Part shown: positions 33,919 to 45,098 of the stretch, piece after piece
Position numbering within the stretch: the first letter of the stretch is position 1
Layout of the letters: every line of letters begins with the position of its first letter
DNA from: Elsinoe ampelina
Lineage: Eukaryota
Assembly (NCBI GenBank): GCA_010093995.1
Contig: ML992510.1
Span: 1,181,339-1,245,338 of the forward strand
Direction: 5' to 3'
DNA: 64,000 nt
The notes under the pieces: generated by a model
Databases searched by the model: none
The model's input: the letters and a program-made list of their open reading frames with translations, nothing else
What the model was told of the DNA's origin: nothing
Made by a program: the position numbers and the translations under genes

Positions 33919-36745
33919 GGTGGCTGGCGGTTGACCACGAAGGTCAATCCAAAGAAGATGGTGTGTAATGTGGTGGAGGGTGGTGCGGCGACTGCGCATC
34001 CGTCAGCACACAATGGTCCCATATCGGTACATGTTCTGGTCCTACCAAGGAGCTCAATCGAGCAATGCCGGTGCTGTCGCCGAGAAGCTTGATTTGCAGC
34101 GTGATGCTACCAGAGCTGGATTACGTTGCCGCGAGATTTCATAAAAGAGACTTTCGCCATGATCGATATGGATGTTGGTTTGCCTTATAGCTGGTGAATT
34201 GATGCGGGACCATGACAGTACAACGCGCTTGTTTGTCTCTTTGGTCAAAACGCCAGCAGAAGACGGAGCATGGGTCCTGGCGGCACGGCCAGTAGCATCC
34301 TGTACAGTCTTTGAGGGAAAGGAAAAGAAAAATCGGTGCTGAGCCTTGCTGCAAGGGTACAGTTGCGCCCCATTGACAATTTGAGAGCGCAACGATGCCA
34401 TGTATTCTACCGGCAAACGCACTACTGCAAGCTCCCGTCGCCTAAGGACCATGTGTCAAGCAGGCAAGGGCAGATGCTTCCTCCTGTCAAGGGGAAAAAA
34501 AAAAGGCTGGCCCAGCACGAGCCGAGCTCCGTGTGTCGTGACACTGTCGCGACATGTCATCGACCTGTCAAAAAGAGCCGTGCAAATCTCGGGTGTGACC
34601 TTGAATATAGTAGGTGCGAGCACGGGAAGTGGAGGTCAAGCGAGTGGAAGATGGCATGACTCCGGCAATCCTTCTTCGAGAAACGGGCCTGTTGGGAGGC
34701 CTGTTTGATATTGCAACCTGACAGCGAGCAAGGCGAGCTTGAGTGGGTGGGAAAACAGGTCCGGTCGATCATTCCAAATTGGTTCGACATGCGGCACAAG
34801 GTGCAAACGCTGTTTGATGAGTGGGAGAGGACTGGCATGATACAGGAATCATTGCGCTAGAGGGACGAACATCAGGTGGACGAGATGCAGCTCGACATGC
34901 CGCAGACAGTACGTCGTCAGCATGCAGAGATCAAGCCCTCGACAGTCCAGTATCAAAGGTTCTCAACTATGTACCGCAAGCGAGGCAAGTACAGACGAGC
35001 TACTGCATGCAGGGCGTCCGGATCTTTGACAGGTTTGCATGCAATCGCCGAGTGGCTTTGGACGGAGCAGAGCCTTGCGGGGGTTAACTTGGTGAAGGAT
35101 GCCACGCCTGGCAATCAAAAGGGCTTAGTCCGTTAGTGGTGGGCCGGCCATTATTTTATTACACGAGCACAAGCTTGTTGGTGACAGGTGGCCACGAGAT
35201 GACCTGCAGAGGTACGTACTGTAGCTTTGTCTGCACGACTCATTTGTCTGATGGTATACCCTGTTCTCAATGGGCTTCAATCTCATCAATCTGCTTCTCT
35301 ACTGTGTTTTACCAACGACTCCCTGAACTCACATGGACCATCTACTTCAATAGTCGCGAATGAGCTCAAGGACCTTTGAGCATTCCTTGTTTGGAGGTCG
35401 TCACGGTCGTTTCTCGGCCTGTATGCAGCGCCGTTTCGATGGACTTTGATGGAGCTCCTGTCACGTCCTCTTCGGGACGCTGCAAGCAAGGACGCGACCA
35501 AAGATAGGTCAAAAGCAGCTCGCAGACGCGGCCACTGACTTTGACGACGAGAATAGATACAGCACACCATCCGCATCTGGCCTTTCAAGAATGCGTCGAC
35601 GTTTGTCAACAGCCTGTCATCTGGTTGCGCGCCGATGACAGCTCTCGTCCCTGGTGCCTTGACTTGGAGCTACCCCTCTGTCGATGAAGCAGCTTCAAGC
35701 CGTGGCGGTTCTGCGGTTCTGGTCTTGCAAGACTGGTGGTTTTGACGATAGTCCCTCGCTCCAGCGGAACGAGTTGGAGATGCTCATTTCTCCGTCTTCG
35801 ATCTTCGGGTGTTTTAGGGAAGCACGCCATTGGTCCTCAAACACATTTGGCTGGCTACCTTGGCTGTTCACGCAACAAACCGAACGTGCCCTGGAAAAGG
35901 ATGCCTCGGCAGGCCCCATCTTCTACCCCGGATCTTCACTGCATCGTCATTAACGTCTTTCACTGTGATGATAACGAACGGCATTCTTCACAATTGTCTG
36001 TCGGTATCTTCTGGTTTGGTCGTGCGCATGATGACTGTACTTCGCGCGGCTGACAGACACGATCCTGCACGTCCGCATACCAACAACATCAAAAGAGTGA
36101 GGCCGCAACTGCGATCCACAATTCTTCCACAGCCATGACACCCCACCTTTGATTCACAGGTCAGATCCAAGGATCTTGAACCATGGAGCTTAAGCACAAA
36201 ACGCCTCGGGCCAGACCAGGCACATCACCACCACCTGAAGTCTCTCATCTGCCGCGCATAGCCGTCCGCTAGTTGTCAATCAAGCGCCCACACGACCTGG
36301 CCGTTTCCGTTTGCTTTTCGTTGTATTGTCTTTCCGTCATCATTCCTCCAATGAGAGGCCATCCTCATTTTCGATTCGTGATGTTGCGACTGTTTCTCAT
36401 TCTCGAGGTGCAGGCTCACGTCACGCTTGTCCCGCTTCTTGGTTGATGGACACTCTTCGTGCTCAGAGACATATAGGTAAGCACCTCTCCCACTTCCAAC
36501 TAGGCGAGTATCAACTTTGTATCTTTACGATCTCGACATCCCTGTCAGCATCCATCAACTCTTGCATCATAACACAGCCAGCCTTGGTCATTCGTGGCAT
36601 ATCCAAAGGACATTATAATAAGCATCTCTCACACCAGCCCAAACATCCATCCGACCTCATCTACCACCTCTTCCAAACACAATCCTAATTCACCACCACA
36701 ACTCCTACTACACCACTCCGATCACACCACCACAACACAACCACA

Positions 36746-37033
36746 ATGGCTTCACAACAACTCACCACCTCCCTCCCAAGCGGCTTCCTCTCCCTCGCCC
36801 CCGAGACCTCCCTCCCAGTAGCAGCATCCACATCCTCCGCCGCCTCCTCCCCCTCACTCGCACCAGTCGACTCCTCCGACTCACTCGCCACATCAGTCAA
36901 GAACACCCGCTCGCCGTCAACGGACTCCACGTCTTCCACAAGCGGTGCAGCCAGGAGGTTCCTGAGACTTGGACATACTCAACCCGAAGATGCGGTCGTC
37001 AAGGGGGACTTTGTTGAGGTTGAGGAGTTGTAG
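36746..37033 (+). CDS. Small Ser-rich hypothetical protein (95 aa)
   Basis: CACAATGG Kozak context, CA-rich leader, TATAAT near 36614 and C-ending codon bias. GFLSL and RRFLRLG...DFVE motifs resemble a small fungal protein family. Confidence 0.65.
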   Translation: MASQQLTTSLPSGFLSLAPETSLPVAASTSSAASSPSLAPVDSSDSLATSVKNTRSPSTDSTSSTSGAARRFLRLGHTQPEDAVVKGDFVEVEEL

Positions 37034-37651
37034 ATGTCGGTCTCGTTTGTGGGTCACGTCTTGTGGGACGTAGCACTGGGTATTGCAACGACGTATGGGA
37101 GGAATTGGTAGGGTCCGGATTGATTGATGAAGGATTTCGGCTGGATTTCACTATGAGCGTCATGGCATTAAGCGACGGTATTTCAATCAATGTTGATAAT
37201 TCATTGGCAACACTCTCATGAAGAGATACAACCTCACTATCCACCGTCTATTCGTGCTGTCTAATCCTGTATCGTGCTTCGCATCACAAACCACCCACAA
37301 AGCCACAGAACATTCCTGGCTCTTATCTCAACAAGGCATCTACATTGCTTCATAGATACGCATCCAACACCATCACGACTCGTGCCCCTCCATCAAGGAG
37401 CATCCCGGGATGATCTCGTTCCAGCCCTATTCAATTGCCCCACCACAGGTCTTTGACACAAGGAACCCCGCCCCACAAAAACGTTTCGGCAAGTGAGGGA
37501 CGAGCACACGTTCACATGCCTCGGTCGCAGATACACCGAGGGAAACAAAATCGACATGGAAAAGATGCCTGTTCATTCTGACTGTGTATCGATATTTGGG
37601 GTGGCATACAGCACTACTGATACGTTACATTCGGCACACTTGGACCGACAA

Positions 37652-39232
37652 TTACTGCTGATTTTCAGGTGGTGTCGGTAAGGAGAAGTAATCGTCTCCC
37701 TGTGCACCCTGCTGCGCTGGCGTCATCTCAGCTCTGAGGGGACTGATCTTTTTGACGCCCCCAAGACCGGGCAAGGGGAGTACCGTCTTCAGAATCTCCC
37801 TGATCGGTGTGCGAGGAGCCTTCGTCGGGCTTGGGATGGTCAACGCTTCGCCAAAGAGAGCCTCAGGATCAACGGCTGTGCTGTTGTCGGGCAGGACAGG
37901 AGGTGTGGGCAGTTCGATGCGGAGTCGGGATCGAGCCGCTTGTTTTGGTCTGAAGGCCGGAGCTGTAAGACGCTCGTTGAGGTTGATGGCCGGAGCATTA
38001 GGACGTGAGATTCCTGTCGTCATCATTTTTCCCTCGCCGCCTGCGGCTAAGCTCGTGTCTGGAAGAGGCTGGACCATGCGAACGGGCTCTCGCAAAGGCT
38101 TTGCTCGATGGAATGTGTTGTGCGTAAGACGAGTAACGTGACGGATTCGCTTGTACTCGGTGTAGTCATCGACCTCTTCCGCCGTCGGATGGCGGAGGAC
38201 TTCTGACATTGGTGGCTCTGTCGAACATCTCTCAAATCTGATGTCGTAGTTCCATGCCTTGGATTGCTGATCTTGCTTGATGCTCCAGCCGCTGACTTTG
38301 TATCTGGCTTGAGTGTCAGCAAAACCGCATATGCTCCCGCAGACATTGGCATACAGTCCGTCATATCTCAGTCCAGCTTTCGGTGCCCAAAAGCTGCGAA
38401 GAGAATGGGCTCGAAGCACACGAATTGGCTGACGAGATGCCGGAGTGGCTGCGGTCAACCTGAAACGTCCGGGCTCGGTCGACTTGGCTTTGTAGGTGAA
38501 GATATCCGGACGTGGACTGTCCAACTCGTCGAGCTCGTTCATGATAATGGCGTATGCCCCATGCTTGTCCGCAACAATGCGACCGAGAGGATTGCCGCTG
38601 TCGATGATACTAGCATGGTAAGCAAGCATGGTGTTGATCCACCAGCTGCAAAGTCAGTCAAACTCTACTTCCATTGGACGGGTCACGCACTCTCCAGGCT
38701 TGAAAACCCCAAGGTCGCCATGCCTGCGGGAAAAGGGTGGATTGGTCCTGGAGCCAGATGCCTTTGACCACTTCACTTCTAGCACTTCCTTGGTCAAGTC
38801 CGTGGGCAGACATATACCATGAAGTCTGCCACCTTCGTCGTACAGATCGATGCCAATTTCACTGATCTCTCCATACCGGATTGACCAGTTCTCTAGCAAC
38901 TTATCAGCCACATCAACGACCGATCCAGGCCATCTTGTAGCTTGGCCAGCAATGAGAGCGACAGCAAGGTGGATGCGAGAAGAGCGAATATGCCTTTCAG
39001 GCACGCGAGAACGGCGGAGCTGCTCGAGAAACTTGAAGACGGTAACGACTTGGTCTGGCTTGAGCCACTCGGGTCCTTCTTGGGAGATCTTCGGATCGAG
39101 ATCGTCGCGAATCCATCGAGCTTGGTTACGAAGGAAGTCAGGGTCGATACTATCATCGCCAGACGACTCAGAGTTGTCTTCGAACAGCTCATCCAAACGG
39201 AACTGCTTTCGCAGCAAAACTGGAAAAGCCAT
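37652..39232 (-). CDS. SRA/YDG-domain protein (introns 38690-38646, 38354-38304)
   Basis: HGDLG.FKPGDWW, GAYAI, and PIRVLR......WAPKAGLRYDGLYKV after splicing. Confidence 0.82.
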
Positions 39233-39701
39233 TGACACTGAAGTGGCCCTGCAGCATAAGTGTTCGAGTAGAGGGAGGCATGATTATGAAAGTGAGAGAC
39301 GAGATGTGGCCTCTGTCACGAATGGATGGCAAGAGCGATCTGATGACGACCACCTACCTTCACTGCTGTATAGGGAAGGACACGGAGTTGGCTGATGTCT
39401 TTCCGGTCATGATTGACAGCATTCTCGCATGAGATCACGTTTTTGAAGGAATCGAAGCTTTGAGTTGGTTGGAAAAGCTATGCTGAGCAAATGTCAATCA
39501 TGTAGAAAGTGGTCGTTGTTGGAAGGCCACAAGTCCGACTGGACGACAATTCTTGGCAAATCGGAAAAACTCAGCTTCCGAGAACCGCAGCCAAGACTTG
39601 CCGATTTTCTCTCCAACTTCATCAGAGGACGACGCTAACAACGACGACTGCACGAAACACACGACAACTCCCAGTCAATCCTTTCGCCAAACACCGCAAT
39701 C

Positions 39702-40491
39702 ATGTCGGACGCAGGCGAAGTCGAGGTCGAGACCCCCAACAACCAGAATGTTCTCCCAAAGGACGTCGTGTCGGAGATTGGCAGCATCAAGCTCTTCAAC
39801 AAGTGGAGCTACGAGGATGTCGAGATTAGGGATATCTCTTTGACGTACGACTCCCATAGCTCTGGCGACCAACATCAGCGCCATCACGAAGCGATTGAAA
39901 AAAGCGAGGGAACAAGAAGGCTGACATTGGCTGCAGCGATTACATCCAGATCCGCCAACCAGTCTACCTCTCACACTCTGCTGGCAAGTATGCCGCAAAG
40001 AGGTTCCGCAAGGCACAATGCCCGATCGTCGAGCGTCTCACCAACTCTCTCATGATGAACGGCCGCAACAACGGAAAGAAGCTCATGGCTGTCCGAATCG
40101 TCGCACACTCTTTCGAGATTGTCAGTCGCACACCACATCTGACTCCGGAGGGCAGGACTAACCTCGCACACAGATTCACATCATGACCGACCAGAACCCC
40201 ATCCAGGTCGCCGTTGACGCCATCGTCAACTGCGGTCCCCGCGAAGACTCCACCCGTATCGGATCAGCAGGTACCGTCCGTCGTCAAGCCGTCGATGTAT
40301 CGCCCCTCCGCCGCGTCAACCAGGCCATTGCCCTCCTCACCATCGGTGCCCGCGAGGCCTCATTCAGGAACATCAAGAGCATTGCCGAGTGCTTGGCGGA
40401 AGAGTTGATCAATGCTGCAAAGGGAAGCAGCAACTCGTATGCGATCAAGAAGAAGGACGAGTTGGAGCGTGTGGCCAAGTCTAACCGATAG
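39702..40491 (+). CDS. RPS5: 40S ribosomal protein S5 (uS7); introns 39845-39936, 40121-40173
   Basis: [33 protein letters not shown] and [14 protein letters not shown]. Confidence 0.97.
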
Positions 40492-40790
40492 AGTATTTGT
40501 GGATTCGGGGACGATTATGGAGAGAGATTGTGGGATGGTGGGCAAAGCATCACACCAGGCATGGCGTTTTCATGCGGCCAGCACATGGCTGAGTTCCTAC
40601 AAATGCTGAATGAAAACTTTGAACACATCAGGTCATGCTGGACAAGGACTGAATTGTGGCTATGTGATGGGTGCGAAACGACGCTTATGCAATTTGCGAT
40701 GTTGATGTACAGGGATCCAACGACCGTATAACGCCTCGCTGAGAATGAGAGATCTGTTTTGTTTCGCAACCACTCTTCCTCGACTGGCCC

Positions 40791-42078
40791 TCACCTCTTC
40801 CTGCCGACTGTCATGGTGACCATGGCTGGGGCACTGACGTCTCGCTTGTCAGCGACCCCCAGCGTCTTTGGCGTCATTTGAGCATTCATAAAGCTCCTCG
40901 CCCTCCCTCGTCGGTATTCGATCGCAGCCAGAGCAGCTGCTCGGTCCATGGTCATTGGGGTCTTGAGCACGTCAGCCACTGTCGCTGGTGCTTTGTTCTC
41001 CTTGTCCTCGACGTCGTCAAAGTTGACAGGCACTCGAATGACTTGCCTGGCAGGAGTAGCGAAGGGTCGGATTGGCATTGACGGTGGGCCTTCGGGTGTG
41101 ACTTCGCGGAGTGACTCGTGGTCGCTTTGAGGGTTGAGTCTGTCGTCTGTCTCTGACTGTGCAGTGTCGCTGCCTCGTGATACCGGTCGAGACTCAAGGA
41201 CGACCTCTTGCAGAGCCCTTCGTTGACGTTGGTCCGGTACCACGAGTGTCTTTTCGCCTTCCCCGTCTTCCTCCTCCTCAAGCACGATAGCTTCTTCGTC
41301 TAGATCCACGACCTCTGCTGTGACTTTGACAACTTCCACTTTCTTGTCCTCCCTGACCGACTCCCGTACAGCAGGCGCAGTCCACCTCCTCCTCACTTGC
41401 TCCATCTCGAACCGCTTCTCCAGCTCGACGAACTCTACCAACTCAATCGCCTCGACCCTCAACCTTCGCTCCCACTCCTCTGCCTCCTGCGCTAAAGCCA
41501 CGTTCCGCCAATGCCCCTTCTCCTTCTCCAAAAACTCCCCCTTCAAAGCATGCACTGCCTCCTCATTCCTCGCTCGTTGCTGCTTAAACCTTTCCTTTGC
41601 CTTTTCGTACTTTTTCTGCCTCACGTCAGCATTACCCCTGCAGTCCCACCGCAGATACCTCAACACTCACCTCATACTCCCCACACCTCTCCCTCAAACA
41701 ATCCCTCTCCCTCACCCTCTCATCCTGCACCTCCAGCAACTTCTCCCGCAATCCTCTGGCCTCGCTCTCCGCCTCCTCCCTCGCCACCGTCGCCCTCTCG
41801 AGCGCTTGCTTCAGCTTCGCAATCTGCCTTTCATACCGACTCTTCTCTTCGTCCCGGTCCGTGACGGACAGCGAGTTGAACTTGTCCACTATGCCGGAGA
41901 CGAGGTCGCCGCCTGAGCTGGGGCGGGGGAGGGGAGGGAGTCGGTACGGTGAGTTCGAAGGGTTGGGAGAGTAGGACCCTAGGACTGGCGAGGGGATGGG
42001 GCTGTAGTGTGTTCCTTGGCCGAGGGAGGGGGAGAGGGGAGTGAAGCCGTGGTGGGCGGCTGCTGGGGGGGAGAACAT
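40791..42078 (-). CDS. Coiled-coil hypothetical protein (intron 41670-41616)
   Basis: A GTGAGT...GCTGAC...CAG intron joins two coiled-coil ORFs. SP-rich N-terminus, a DKEN (KEN-box-like) motif, and C-terminal TPMTMDRAAALAAIEYRRGRARSF. Confidence 0.7.
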
Positions 42079-42599
42079 GGTTGCGATTTTGGGGGGATGG
42101 TCGCGATGGGAGAGGGGAGTGGTAGGGGAGAGTAGGTAGACGCGCTCGCTGCGAAGATGTGGTACCTGAAACAGATCGGTGGTGTGTCGACTGCGGAGGT
42201 GAATTTTCGGCGGTTGGAGTGAGCTGAGCGTGGAGCTCGGACGCGTTTGGGCGTGGCCTTGGGCGTCAACATTGGTTGCGCGGGGAAACGGGCGGCGATT
42301 AGAAGAAGAAATGGTCGGCGACGACGTGCCTTTTCGACTATCAACAATTTTTCGAATATTCGCTGCTATTAGTAGCTCCATGCAGAATATTTCCATACGG
42401 TAAATGACCATCTATGGTGCAGTCCCCAGCAAAGGTCGACGATTGAGGGCATGTTGAATTTTTTACAGGCTCGACCATGATGCTATCGATGTAGGTACCT
42501 ATGGCTGCAACGGAAAAGATAGATATATTGCTACAGTCTACGCCATCATGAAAATCCATGCCCGTCCCACACCGTCATCATGTCCAATACCTAGGATAC

Positions 42600-44435
42600 T
42601 CAGATCGCAACATAGAAAGGCAAAACCTTCGGATCCAAACACCTCCAAATAAACGGCATCCCATCACTCAACCCATCCCTATCAAACTGCCTCCCCCTAA
42701 CCTCCTCACTAAACGCCGCCATCTCCTCCCTAAACTTGCCCGCCGCCTTCTGCACCACCCCATTATACCTCTTCAACCTCAACTCATCCTCAAACATCTC
42801 CATCGTCGTCCTGTCTCCGTCTGCGAAACTCGGCCTGCCAAAAGCAGCTGCCAACTGGATACTCCCGATCGCTTGCCCTACCGTTGGCAAGGCAGCCAGG
42901 ACATCCTTCTCTGTCATGCCCTTCTTCTTGGGCAGAGGTTGGTAGAAGGCGGTGTTGTGCCACGGCACCACGAGTTGGGCGAGGGAGAGGTCATTGGTGT
43001 TGAGCACGCCATGCGCAACGGATGCGAGGTAAGCGTAATGCGTGAGGATCTCGACGAGCTCGTCGCGGCGGGTGAGGGATTTGGGGAAGAGCTGGACTTG
43101 TGCTGGACCGGAGCACTCGGCGATCCAGTTCTGAAGCTCTTCGTCTTGGAGGAGGGCGTTGTCGGAGAGGTAGTAGGAGCGGACGAAGGAGCGCATAAAG
43201 GTTCGGATGGGCTCAACGATACGTTTGCCGTCGGTGTAGAAGGGGAGGTGCTTGAGTGCTGGTCCGGGGGAGTCGATCAGGCCACGCGAGCGGAGTTCAG
43301 GCTCGAAGTAGTGAGATGACCAAGAGGTGGCGCCCTTCTTGAAGAGATTGACCGAGTATCGACCTGCTTCGGCGCCGGTCCAGGCGAAGACGCGATCGAC
43401 TGGTCCGCCTGGGTTGATCAGATTGCGGAGAGCAGATTGACGAATGGCAAAGTTCTGAAGACCAAGTCTGGAGAGGATATTAAAGATCGGGTGGGCATTT
43501 GACATTGTCCGCAGAGAGGCGAGGTAGGTTGCATCGATGACTTCATGGGTGTACAGGAGGTGGAAGAACTGGCCAAACCATAAATCGTTTTGGTTGAAGA
43601 GCATTTTGGCGTAGAGCCAGTCATACGTCGAGTCGAGAGGAGTGTAGATCAACTCAGAGCCTGCGTTGGGCCTGATCGCCAGGGGAAGAAAATTACCGGA
43701 CTTTGAGTGGATGTAGAAGAAGGCATCACAGGCGGCGGCGAAGCGACCTGCGGTCAGATTCAGAGAACCTTGATCCCGGTAGTCGACATAGAAGAGGCGG
43801 TGATCCTTGAGCAGCTCTTCTTGTGTGCTACCCGTAAGCTTCTGCACAATGCTGTCATCAACTTCAAAGGCAGGTGTCTCGAATGCAGGGAGACGTCTGA
43901 CTGTGAAAGGCTGGATTGACAATCTTTCCATGGAAAAGGTCAAGTCGTCGGTACCATTCTCAATCACTCCTGGGAAGGGTCCGTCTGGTAATGACGTTAC
44001 CCAGTCGCCTTCGTACAGCTTGAAGAAATCTTCTATCCGGTCAAACCTTTCCGTGGGCTTCGGAATGTCCGGTCGCGATGCAGTAAGATTGGCTTCTATC
44101 GAGATGTTGATGACAATTGGTTTGTGCTCTCCGATGAGATCGGCATACTGCAAATCAGCAAAAGCTTTTGCGTCTGCTGAGTTGACAATGTCTGGGTAAG
44201 GAAGGCCACCAAGACCATCGGTAATGATGTCTGGTCCGTACGGGAAAGCATCTCGTCTTGTGTTGACTTGTGCCTGTCGATTCTGTGTGTTCGCATAGCC
44301 GATGGCTGGGGCGAACGGTGTAGTATTGGTCGGTCCAATCTCGAAGAAGGGTATGAGGGATGGCGAGTTCACTAGCTTCTTTGTAGGATCGAGGTCAGTC
44401 GCCAGGAAATTGGCGAGAATGAGTTGTGACTTCAT
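42600..44435 (-). CDS. Lipoxygenase, fungal Mn-LOX-like lineage; start uncertain
   Basis: FSMERLS, LFYVDY, FLPLAI, W..AKMLFN.ND, metal ligands HLLYTH and HGVLN, and C-terminal PFYVAI. Confidence 0.9.
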   Translation of the reverse strand: MKSQLILANFLATDLDPTKKLVNSPSLIPFFEIGPTNTTPFAPAIGYANTQNRQAQVNTRRDAFPYGPDIITDGLGGLPYPDIVNSADAKAFADLQYADLIGEHKPIVINISIEANLTASRPDIPKPTERFDRIEDFFKLYEGDWVTSLPDGPFPGVIENGTDDLTFSMERLSIQPFTVRRLPAFETPAFEVDDSIVQKLTGSTQEELLKDHRLFYVDYRDQGSLNLTAGRFAAACDAFFYIHSKSGNFLPLAIRPNAGSELIYTPLDSTYDWLYAKMLFNQNDLWFGQFFHLLYTHEVIDATYLASLRTMSNAHPIFNILSRLGLQNFAIRQSALRNLINPGGPVDRVFAWTGAEAGRYSVNLFKKGATSWSSHYFEPELRSRGLIDSPGPALKHLPFYTDGKRIVEPIRTFMRSFVRSYYLSDNALLQDEELQNWIAECSGPAQVQLFPKSLTRRDELVEILTHYAYLASVAHGVLNTNDLSLAQLVVPWHNTAFYQPLPKKKGMTEKDVLAALPTVGQAIGSIQLAAAFGRPSFADGDRTTMEMFEDELRLKRYNGVVQKAAGKFREEMAAFSEEVRGRQFDRDGLSDGMPFIWRCLDPKVLPFYVAI

Positions 44436-45098
44436 TGCGTTGGAGTGTGGTGTCAAAGGATTTGAACAGGAAGAGGGCAAACGAAGGCATGTATATGCAC
44501 TTATACAAACCATACTGTACCGCTCTTGCCTTGAGCTAAGCTTTCGATACCAGAAATCTCGAGGCGTCAGCACGGGTAGCGGAACAAGACCATGTGATGG
44601 CTGTGAGGGCAGACTATGCTGAAATGGAAAAAGGTATGAGGTCAAAAGGCGCACAGAAGCTCTCCATGACACAGGCCAGCCATAGCTGCCGCGACATGGC
44701 CCACCAAACGCCGTCTCCGATGCAGTCACTCTCGATTCGAGGTCGACTTTTGGGTCAGCTAAAGATGAAGTTTGAAAAGAACAGGCAAAGTTGGTGGGAT
44801 GGCCTGACAGCTGAGCCCACGAGCTGGCTTGAAGGTCAACCAATCAGAGCCCCGAAATGGGACTGCGCCGTCCGAAGGAGTCAGCCTTGTCATGTCAAGG
44901 TGGTAATTTTGGGTCACTGGCTTGTATTGCAGAAATTCGAGCCTTTCTGCTGCAAGGCAAAGGTGAATGCGGCGTAGTAGACTGCTCGAAACATTTCCAC
45001 CTTGAGCCGCTCATTGGCTGACATAATCTAGGCATTTCGACATCGCTTGCTCATATTCGACAATGATGCCTTGCTATGAGTCGAATCTATGTACATGT

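Noticed and set aside
42558..43319. Long antisense or alternate-frame ORFs (also 446-937, 2782-3654, 6201-6968, 27458-28480, 29818-30633, 51320-52321)
   Set aside because: They are shadows of GC-rich, codon-biased real genes and have no independent motifs.
44436..44843. 136-aa N-terminal extension of the lipoxygenase ORF shown in the ORF track
   Set aside because: It starts at a non-ATG codon, spans a TATA-like element near 44505 and has no protein-like character.
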